A DNA stretch of 14,440 bases from an uncultured bacterium (GCA_964573245.1 CAZNJA010000034.1:1-14440), one strand, 5' to 3'; shown: positions 1-6,310, numbered from the stretch's first letter. The notes: generated by a model not told the origin, from the sequence alone. A program made the numbers and translations.

Positions 1-700
1 GATTATTTGCGGCAATGTTGGAATTTTCATTTGATTTCGAAAAAATTATATTTTCAAGATTGAACATTGACATTCCAAGAAGTTTTTCTTGTTTAAGGTG
101 TTTGCTGTATCCCCTTACCAAAAGTTCGTTGTCTACCAATTCTCTTATAAGCACAGTCGAAATATTCTTAATTTCGCTGCGCATAATTTTTTCTTCTACA
201 GTTGAAGCAATAGAGCTTGCGACAGAAGGGGAAATATCGCATTCTTTTATCAACGCATCGCTTATTTTTGTTTTATCCCACGGAAGAATATCGGATGTCT
301 GGCTTGTGGATACCATCAAAGCAAAATCCGTCGATGAGACATTAGACTCTTTTGTCTGTTTGCTTACTCTTATAGTATTCCTTGTTCTTGCTCTCCAATC
401 CCTATAAAGTATGAATGCTTTTGCCGTTTTAGCATGCCCCGTTTCTATCAAAACTTTTTCTACCGCGTCTTGAATTTCTTCTATCTGCGGAATATCTGCT
501 CCTTTTTTCTCAAGATAAAAGGTCACAACATCAGCCAACTGTTTAGCTAAAAACTTATCTTCACCGCCGACAGAGCGGGCGGCTTTAAATATCGCCTCTG
601 CAATCTTATCCTTGCCGAAAGAAACAATTCGCCCATCTCTTTTTCTCACTTTTTCTATTATAGACTGCCCAATCTTTTGTTTTTCCATTAATTTTTCCAT
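1..700 (-). CDS. nrdD: Anaerobic (class III) ribonucleoside-triphosphate reductase, N-terminal 233 codons; runs off the left edge
   Basis: Manual translation from ATG at 700 (GGAGG about 8 nt upstream; alternative ATG at 688): MEKLMEKQKIGQSIIEKVRKRDGRIVSFGKDKIAEAIFKAA...IEEIQDAVEKVLIETGHAKTAKAFILYR (ATP cone 1), ...LPWDKTKISDALIKE...ISTVLIRELVDNELL (ATP cone 2), ...SKSNENSNIAANN (resembles the NrdD KENSN/KENAN motif). Open to position 2 and directly downstream of nrdR. The catalytic region lies outside the window. Confidence 0.85.
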   Translation of the reverse strand, partial: MEKLMEKQKIGQSIIEKVRKRDGRIVSFGKDKIAEAIFKAARSVGGEDKFLAKQLADVVTFYLEKKGADIPQIEEIQDAVEKVLIETGHAKTAKAFILYRDWRARTRNTIRVSKQTKESNVSSTDFALMVSTSQTSDILPWDKTKISDALIKECDISPSVASSIASTVEEKIMRSEIKNISTVLIRELVDNELLVRGYSKHLKQEKLLGMSMFNLENIIFSKSNENSNIAANN

Positions 701-703
701 GAC

Positions 704-1171
704 CTATTCCTCCCTTCTTTTGGTGTGAGAAAACCGTTTTACCTCTTTCAAAAAATCACCCACGTCAGTGAATTGTCTATACACAGAGGCAAATCTTACA
801 TAAGCTATGTCATCCAATTTCCTCAAACAACGCATAACAATCTCGCCTATTTTAACTGACGAAACTTCGTCATAAAACTTTTCTTTCACCTCCTTTTCTA
901 TTCCTTCCACCAAATCTTCAATGCTTTGTGCGCTGATTGGTCTTTTTTCGCAAGCTTTAAGTAATCCGCCTAATAACTTCTCTCTTTGGAAAGGTTCTCT
1001 TCTGCCATCTTTTTTAATGACCATAAAAGGAATGCTTTCTATTCTTTCATAAGTCGTAAAACGTCTGCCGCATTTAAGGCACTCTCTTCTGCGTCTTATA
1101 GACAAACAGTTGCTTGTAAGACGAGAATCAACCACTTTATTTGTCACATTATTGCAGTAAGGACACTTCAT
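704..1171 (-). CDS. nrdR: Transcriptional repressor NrdR
   Basis: MKCPYC...VVDSR...[18 protein letters not shown] zinc ribbon, ATP cone [12 protein letters not shown]-terminal [12 protein letters not shown]. Confidence 0.98.
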   Translation of the reverse strand: MKCPYCNNVTNKVVDSRLTSNCLSIRRRRECLKCGRRFTTYERIESIPFMVIKKDGRREPFQREKLLGGLLKACEKRPISAQSIEDLVEGIEKEVKEKFYDEVSSVKIGEIVMRCLRKLDDIAYVRFASVYRQFTDVGDFLKEVKRFSHTKRREE

Positions 1172-1200
1172 CTACGCCTCACTTCGTTCAGCTAAAATCA

Positions 1201-1355
1201 CCCCGAGAAATTCGTAGAATTTCCGGCCCCTAGAAATGCAGAGCATTTCTAGAGAGACTAAGTCCTCGGAATCTTTCCCCGTGGAATGCGGAGCATTCCC
1301 GGGACTTTAGTCCTCGCAATTTTTTCAAATTGCAGAGGGCCAAGATTCCAGAGGG
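1201..1355. repeat. Nested cluster of five related hairpins: two 63-bp double-hairpin units (one inside the other) plus one solo hairpin; REP/REPIN/PATE-like
   Basis: Stems: GAAATTC/GAATTTC (1207-1223), CTAGAAATGC/GCATTTCTAG (1230-1252), GGAATGC/GCATTCC (1283-1299), GCAATTT/AAATTGC (1316-1333), GGAATCTT/AAGATTCC (1268-1275 with 1342-1349). Repeated linker GACT(W)1-2AGTCCTCG at 1256-1268 and 1303-1316. Confidence 0.85.
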
Positions 1356-1414
1356 AACATCAAAAATAAAACATTCAAAAAGATACTGAGTAGTCGGTTT
1401 CCAGCAAACTTAGA

Positions 1415-1430
1415 ATACAATATATGTTGT
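1415..1430. promoter_or_regulatory. Candidate NrdR box
   Basis: ATACAATATATGTTGT matches 13/16 positions of the NrdR-box consensus acaCwAtATaTwGtgt. It lies just downstream of the predicted nrdR-nrdD transcription start. Confidence 0.7.
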
Positions 1431-1442
1431 ACTTACAGAAGC

Positions 1443-1470
1443 ATTATAGCCCAATGGGTAGTATTGTCAA
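1443..1470 (-). promoter_or_regulatory. Sigma70-type promoter of nrdR-nrdD
   Basis: Minus strand TTGACA (1470-1465), 16-bp spacer, TATAAT (1448-1443). Both hexamers are perfect consensus; transcription start inferred near 1436. Confidence 0.85.
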
Positions 1471-1604
1471 TAGTTTTGGGAAGTTTTTGCGGGAAAAATT
1501 TAGGGGACTACTTCAACTTTACATTTGCTTTACTTATATACGTATTAATCTGTACGATTTTGCGGTTTATAATCTCTACAATCAATGATAAGATTTTATT
1601 ATTC

Positions 1605-2138
1605 TCATTGCTTCAAGGAAGCTTCTCTTATCCTATTGTATTGTTCTCTTAAATAAAAATCAGGGTCTTTTTTCAAGTCTTCTATCCATTTACTGACTTT
1701 ATACAACTTTATAGCTTTTTCTTCTTTTACATAAACCTCAACTATACCTGCATTAATTATGGCTTTTTTGCATCTCCAGCACGGGGGGACAGGATATATC
1801 TTGCCGGTTGTAACATCTTCTCCATATAGGTAAAGTTTTGCTCCGACTACGGATATCCCATTTCTTGCGGCATTTATGATTGAGTTTTCTTCAGCATGAA
1901 CACTTCGGCAAAGTTCATAAAGAAGCCCGGAAGGAATTTTTAAGTTATCTCTTAAACAATAACCGATATCTATGCAGTTGGGAGTATTTCTGGGAGAGCC
2001 GACATAGCCGTTGCTTATAGGAACATTGTCTTTTACAATTACAGCGCCGAATCTTCGTCTGATACAGGTACCCCTTCTTGAAACTGCTTTCGCGATATTT
2101 AAAAAATACTCATCCCAATCAGGCCGTTTTCCTTTCAT
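1605..2138 (-). CDS. dCMP deaminase / ComEB-family zinc-dependent deaminase
   Basis: RPDWDEYFL...TCIRRRFGAVIVKD N-terminus; zinc motifs HAE and PCWRC; AAGGAAGG Shine-Dalgarno-like sequence upstream. Confidence 0.9.
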   Translation of the reverse strand: MKGKRPDWDEYFLNIAKAVSRRGTCIRRRFGAVIVKDNVPISNGYVGSPRNTPNCIDIGYCLRDNLKIPSGLLYELCRSVHAEENSIINAARNGISVVGAKLYLYGEDVTTGKIYPVPPCWRCKKAIINAGIVEVYVKEEKAIKLYKVSKWIEDLKKDPDFYLREQYNRIREASLKQ

Positions 2139-2163
2139 ATTTCTTAAAATCCTTCCTTCTTAA

Positions 2164-2181
2164 TTGTTAATATATTGACAA
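2164..2181. promoter_or_regulatory. 18-bp imperfect palindrome, candidate operator
   Basis: TTGTTAATATATTGACAA (one mismatched pair) in the 47-bp gap between queF and the deaminase gene. Confidence 0.4.
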
Positions 2182-2185
2182 CAAA

Positions 2186-2593
2186 CTAAGGATATTCCGC
2201 CTCTACCTTGATAGATATTCCGCCCCTTGCAACAAATTCTCCTATAACTTTCGCTTTTCTCGGCCTAGCAATTTTAACTATCTTTTCCAATATTTTGTTG
2301 ACAATATCTTCCGCGAAACTTCCATAGTTCCTAAACGAAAACATAAAAAATTTAAGCGACTTTGACTCTATACATTTTTTGTCCGGAATATACTGGATGG
2401 TAATTTTACCAAAGTCCGGCTGGCCAGTCACAGGGCATATAGATGTAAACTCCGGACAACTGAACTGTATCCAATAATCCCTTTCAGGATATGCGTTTTC
2501 AAACACTTCAAACCTTACTTTATCAGGAGAAGAAACAAATTTAATCTTTTTCCCCTTAAGAAGTTTCAGCCCCTTAATTCTGTTTTTATTCAT
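2186..2593 (-). CDS. queF: preQ0 (7-cyano-7-deazaguanine) reductase, short unimodular type
   Basis: PEFTSICPVTGQPDFG (catalytic Cys and Asp), QueF motif ESKSLK, C-terminal RGGI; follows queD-queE. Confidence 0.95.
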   Translation of the reverse strand: MNKNRIKGLKLLKGKKIKFVSSPDKVRFEVFENAYPERDYWIQFSCPEFTSICPVTGQPDFGKITIQYIPDKKCIESKSLKFFMFSFRNYGSFAEDIVNKILEKIVKIARPRKAKVIGEFVARGGISIKVEAEYP

Positions 2594-2600
2594 TATTTTT

Positions 2601-2629
2601 ATCTTAACATTTTCTATTTTTTACTACAA
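2601..2629 (-). promoter_or_regulatory. Putative leaderless promoter for queF
   Basis: TTGTAG, 17 bp, TAAGAT with TGn extension; the -10 ends 7 nt before the ATG and there is no Shine-Dalgarno. Confidence 0.5.
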
Positions 2630-2647
2630 GAAATGATGTGTTTTTAT

Positions 2648-3277
2648 TTATTTTATCCCGATGATTTTGTGAAGTTGCAAGTGAACTCGCGTGTTTAGCC
2701 CATCCTTTAAAATCCATTTGCTTAATGTTTTGGCAGAAACCTTGCCGAAAACAGGTGAAAGCAGAATTTTTTTCTTTGAAAGGCGGTATTCTTTAATCAC
2801 TTCCTGCACCCAAAGATAATCCTTATAATTTTGTAAAACAAATTTTATTTCGTCCTTTACTTTTAATTTACCTATATTTCTCCATGCCATTTTATCCTGC
2901 ATTTTGCTTGAGGGACATTTGACATCCATGATAATTATTACCTTTGCGGGCAATTTGCCGATGTCCACACTCCCGTTTGTTTCTACAAGAACTTGATATT
3001 TTTTCTTGATAAGTTCGCGGATTAGTTTATTCGTATTTTTCTGCAAAAGCGGTTCTCCGCCTGTTATCTCTATGTTTTTGGTAGAATATTTAGAAATAAT
3101 AGATAGGATTTTTTCAATTGAGTAATCTTTCCCGCCCTCCCATGCATAAGAGGTATCGCAGTAAGAACATCTTAAATTACATCCTGCAAGTCTTATAAAT
3201 ACACAGGGTAGTCCTTGATAGGTGGATTCGCCGAGGATTGAATAGAAGATTTCTGAAATTTTTATATAAGCAGACAC
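2648..3277 (-). CDS. queE: 7-carboxy-7-deazaguanine synthase (radical SAM)
   Basis: EIFYSILGE, FIRLAGCNLRCSYCDT (CxxxCxxC), ITGGEPLLQ, VETNG, LQLHK; GTG start 3 nt after the queD stop. Confidence 0.93.
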   Translation of the reverse strand: MSAYIKISEIFYSILGESTYQGLPCVFIRLAGCNLRCSYCDTSYAWEGGKDYSIEKILSIISKYSTKNIEITGGEPLLQKNTNKLIRELIKKKYQVLVETNGSVDIGKLPAKVIIIMDVKCPSSKMQDKMAWRNIGKLKVKDEIKFVLQNYKDYLWVQEVIKEYRLSKKKILLSPVFGKVSAKTLSKWILKDGLNTRVHLQLHKIIGIK

Positions 3278-3280
3278 TTT

Positions 3281-3661
3281 TTACTTTTCCCAATAACTTA
3301 CTCCACTATTTTCACCTTCTTTAACCACGACTTTGGAAAGTTTTATCCCGGAACTGTTTATTTTACTTTTCAATTCGTGATATATGAAATATGCAATATT
3401 TTCTGCAGAAGGGTTTCTCTCTTTGAAAAAGGGAATTAAGAAAGGGTCGTTTAAATCTTTATGGTCAAGTTTTCCTACAACTTCGGCGAGCTTTCTCTTT
3501 GCTTCAAGAAAGTCTATCCCTAGCCCTATTTCGTTTAACTTTCTGCAAGCAATAAATACTTCTACTACCCAGTTATGCCCATGAATACTTTCACATTTCC
3601 CATCATAACCTCGCAGACGATGAGCAGCCGAAAAACTTGTTTTTATCCAGATTTCATGCAT
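3281..3661 (-). CDS. queD: 6-carboxy-5,6,7,8-tetrahydropterin synthase
   Basis: FSAAHRL, CESIHGHNW (Cx3HGH), LDHKDLN, PSAENIA. Confidence 0.95.
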   Translation of the reverse strand: MHEIWIKTSFSAAHRLRGYDGKCESIHGHNWVVEVFIACRKLNEIGLGIDFLEAKRKLAEVVGKLDHKDLNDPFLIPFFKERNPSAENIAYFIYHELKSKINSSGIKLSKVVVKEGENSGVSYWEK

Positions 3662-3669
3662 TTGGGCAA

Positions 3670-3698
3670 ATTATCTATCAAACTCACTATTAAGTCAA
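3670..3698 (-). promoter_or_regulatory. Putative leaderless promoter for queD-queE
   Basis: TTGACT (3698-3693), 17 bp, GATAAT (3675-3670); 8 nt to the ATG; no Shine-Dalgarno. Confidence 0.55.
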
Positions 3699-3801
3699 CC
3701 CCGTTAGAGATTGAAAAATGCTAACTGTGATCTTATTGGATGTATATTAGCAATCCTTTGTGTTATATCGTACAAACAACTTTCTAAATCTCTAACGGGG
3801 T
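3698..3801. mobile_element. MITE-like 104-bp element with perfect 15-bp terminal inverted repeats
   Basis: ACCCCGTTAGAGATT (3698-3712) and AATCTCTAACGGGGT (3787-3801); CA directly flanks both ends; non-coding AT-rich interior. Confidence 0.7.
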
Positions 3802-4409
3802 CAACTTATTTTATTTTTACCTGTCGCAACTTTATTTGTCTTTGTGACGGGTGATAATTGAATAGTCGGGAATTTTTTATTGACAAGTCTTTCCGTGCAC
3901 ACAACGACCACGGCACAAGCTATCCCAAGTATAGCTCCGGCAACGACATCCGAAGGATAATGTACGCCAACATATATACGAGAAAAACTTACGCTGACAG
4001 CAATAAACAAATTCAGCAGCAGGAATTTCCTGTAATAAAACGAAAGCAAAATCGTGGTCGCAAAAATGTTGCTTGCGTGAGTTGACGGGAAAGAATATCT
4101 GGGAGAAGAACTCACAAGCGGCAGTATGTCCGTAAAATACACATAGGGTCTTGCGCGGGAAAATACAGGTTTTATCACATTGGCACTCATTTGGTCGGCA
4201 AGGATAAAAACTATCACCATAAGTCCGGCGACTATCCTGCCTTTTTTGCCGCCCCATATGAACAAAGAAATTAAAAAAAGTGCTATGGGAATTTTCCAAT
4301 AGTCGAATTCCGTAATTATAGGCATCCAAAAATCCAAGAATCCTGTATGCATGTATTCCTGGACGAAAACAAATATTTTTTTGTCCAATGCTATTAACAT
4401 ATCAATCAT
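3801..4409 (-). CDS. PAP2-family membrane phosphatase (undecaprenyl-PP or lipid phosphatase-like)
   Basis: Motifs C1 KPVFSRARP, C2 FPSTH, C3 SRIYVGVHYPSD; several hydrophobic segments. Confidence 0.92.
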   Translation of the reverse strand: MIDMLIALDKKIFVFVQEYMHTGFLDFWMPIITEFDYWKIPIALFLISLFIWGGKKGRIVAGLMVIVFILADQMSANVIKPVFSRARPYVYFTDILPLVSSSPRYSFPSTHASNIFATTILLSFYYRKFLLLNLFIAVSVSFSRIYVGVHYPSDVVAGAILGIACAVVVVCTERLVNKKFPTIQLSPVTKTNKVATGKNKIS

Positions 4410-4432
4410 CTATTTTCCCTAAAATGTTCAGT

Positions 4433-4462
4433 ATTATAACTTTTTGCACGGGACAGATTCAA
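4433..4462 (-). promoter_or_regulatory. Putative sigma70 promoter for the PAP2 gene
   Basis: Minus strand TTGAAT (4462-4457), 18 bp, TATAAT (4438-4433). Confidence 0.45.
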
Positions 4463-4524
4463 ACAATCGTATTTCTTAATTTCGCAAATTGTAGTAACAT
4501 ATACTTTGAAAGGAATAGCCAAAT

Positions 4525-4977
4525 ATGAAAAAATTTTACACTGCCGAAAAAAGTCCCAAAACATCCAAATCATCTCAAGGGCCCGATAGAAGGAGATATC
4601 CAAGGTTCGACTTTCCATTTTTTATCCGTTACAAAAAAGACGAACACCCCTCCCAGGCAGATGAAAAAAGAGAAAACATATTATTTGTAAAAGAGGGTGA
4701 GGAATTAGCCATATCTCACAATGTTTCTATCGGGGGGATATGTTTTGCAACAAAAGAGCTGCTTCCGCGCCTTAGTAAATTGACGGTGGAAATTTTCACT
4801 CCAATAAAAAGCGAACCTTTTACCGCTTTGGCAGAAGTTGTTTGGCAGAAAAAAAGAGTTTTATCTTTGACTTATCTTACGGGGATCTCTTTCCTAAAAC
4901 TGGACGATGAAAAAGAATTCACACACCTATTACATATGCTCACAGAAATGAAACTGGAAAAAATAATAGAAAGATAA
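4525..4977 (+). CDS. Stand-alone PilZ-domain protein (probable c-di-GMP receptor)
   Basis: DRRRYPRF (RxxxR) and NVSIGG ((D/N)xSxxG) motifs, later AEVVWQ...GISF; AAAGGA upstream. Confidence 0.88.
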   Translation: MKKFYTAEKSPKTSKSSQGPDRRRYPRFDFPFFIRYKKDEHPSQADEKRENILFVKEGEELAISHNVSIGGICFATKELLPRLSKLTVEIFTPIKSEPFTALAEVVWQKKRVLSLTYLTGISFLKLDDEKEFTHLLHMLTEMKLEKIIER

Positions 4978-5006
4978 TTTTTCGGCCAAAAACAATCTGT
5001 AAAAAT

Positions 5007-5810
5007 TTACTTCACTATTATGCCTGCGTAACCCACCACTTTAGAATAGTCCCCCATAACATCCCCCGAGGTCTGATATTTTACAAGTTCGGCTGTTTTC
5101 GCGCCTAACTTTTTGCATACAAGCAGCATAATAGTTGCGGGAACATATCCGCACATCGAAATACTATAGTCTTCTATTCTCTTTAATAAGAGTTTCTCGT
5201 CCAATTCTAAAATTGCATCGATTGCTTGTCTATCTTTTTCGTTGGCAATATCTTGAGATTCATAATGGCTCATATCCGAAGAGGCAACTATCAATGTTTT
5301 TTCACCCGCGCCCTTTACAGCATTACTTATTGCCAAAGCAATATCTTCATAAGAAGAATAACCTCCGCAAGTAAGACAGATGGGAACAAAAGAAATTTTT
5401 GGATTTAAATACTGCAAGAAAGGAAGTTGGACCTCAATAGAATGTTCCAAAGCATGAGCAGAAGTATCTTCTTTGAGCTCTTTTGAATTGTTCAGGATTT
5501 TTTTGCCGATTTCCGAAGCGATTTTCACCTCACCCAAGGGGGTTGCCCAAATACCTTCGCTAATTATCGAAAAAGGCGCTCCCCTACCCGTATGATTTGG
5601 ACACAATATAACTACTTTATCAGGGATATTTATTCTCGAATAAACTTCACCTGCAACCGAGCCGGAAAACATATATCCTGCATGAGGAGAAATCACGCCC
5701 AAAGCGTCTTCTTTTTTTGCCGCTTTTTTAATAAAACCCGCAATCTGTTCCCGCAATCGTTTTGAATCTTCGGGATAAAATTGACCTGCTACTACAGGAT
5801 TTCTAATCAT
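5007..5810 (-). CDS. amrB: MEMO1-family protein (AmmeMemoRadiSam system protein B)
   Basis: RNPVVAGQFYP, PHAGYMFSG, PNHTG, EHSIEVQLPFLQ, ASSDMSHYE, SMCG, VVGYAG. Confidence 0.93.
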   Translation of the reverse strand: MIRNPVVAGQFYPEDSKRLREQIAGFIKKAAKKEDALGVISPHAGYMFSGSVAGEVYSRINIPDKVVILCPNHTGRGAPFSIISEGIWATPLGEVKIASEIGKKILNNSKELKEDTSAHALEHSIEVQLPFLQYLNPKISFVPICLTCGGYSSYEDIALAISNAVKGAGEKTLIVASSDMSHYESQDIANEKDRQAIDAILELDEKLLLKRIEDYSISMCGYVPATIMLLVCKKLGAKTAELVKYQTSGDVMGDYSKVVGYAGIIVK

Positions 5811-5824
5811 AGCAATATCTCTGC

Positions 5825-6310
5825 TTATCTCTTATATCCTATTTTTCTCAATAATTCCTTTCTCCACCTAACACCTTGTTCGTCTTCGACGCCTTTGGGT
5901 AAAAATCCGTCTATTACTCCCATAATTCCCCTACCCTGCTCGGTTTCGGCTATTATTACCTCTACGGGATTGGCGGTGGCACAGAATATCGAACAAACTT
6001 CAGGAGTATTCTTTAACGAATTCAATATATTTATCGGGAACCCTTCTGCCATGACTATTATAAAAGAATGTCCTGCACCGATATTTGAAGCGTTCTTTGC
6101 GGCTATTTGTTTTAAATGTTCGTCATTACCCTCTAACCTGATAAGGCGTTCTCCCGACGCTTCACAAAACGCAACCCCAAATTTTATAGAAGGGTTTGCA
6201 TTCACCATCGCTTCATAAATATCTTCGACGGATTTTATAAAATGCGTCTGCCCCAAAATTATATTTGCACCTTTAGGTATTCCTTCAATTTTCACAACTT
6301 TTAGTTCCAT
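5825..6310 (-). CDS. DUF355 / adenosine-specific kinase family protein
   Basis: NIILGQTHFIKSVEDIYEA, FGVAFCEASG, IGAGHSF, IFCATANPVEVI, GRGIMGVIDG, LLRKIGYK; GGAGG Shine-Dalgarno. Confidence 0.9.
   Translation of the reverse strand: MELKVVKIEGIPKGANIILGQTHFIKSVEDIYEAMVNANPSIKFGVAFCEASGERLIRLEGNDEHLKQIAAKNASNIGAGHSFIIVMAEGFPINILNSLKNTPEVCSIFCATANPVEVIIAETEQGRGIMGVIDGFLPKGVEDEQGVRWRKELLRKIGYKR

Noticed and set aside
15-407. 130-aa plus-strand ORF
   Set aside because: Antisense shadow of nrdD with no recognisable motifs.
1201-1355. CRISPR array or known riboswitch (cobalamin and others) in the nrdR leader
   Set aside because: The units are nested, divergent and lack unique spacers; no cas genes are present. 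I could not find the conserved cobalamin-riboswitch boxes by eye; an Rfam scan would be decisive.
1194-1362. AAAATCA / AACATCA as a target-site duplication around the hairpin cluster
   Set aside because: Only 6/7 identity in A-rich sequence, and the inner copy has no duplication, so the evidence is insufficient.
1464-1652. 62-aa hydrophobic plus-strand ORF
   Set aside because: Its TTG start overlaps the nrdR -35 box, it has no ribosome-binding site, it overlaps the deaminase antisense, and T-rich DNA explains the hydrophobicity.
2186-3661. 7-deazaguanine DNA-modification (dpd) or phage island
   Set aside because: No dpdA/TGT-like, phage or integrase genes; the context is housekeeping.
3662-3800. 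preQ1 riboswitch upstream of queD
   Set aside because: No preQ1-I pattern (short stem with GGTTC-type loop and A-rich tail), and the putative promoter lies between the structure and the gene.
3698-3801. Integron attC site (contains GTTAGAG and CTCTAAC)
   Set aside because: The boxes are in the reverse order to attC (RYYYAAC...GTTRRRY), and there is no integrase or cassette array.
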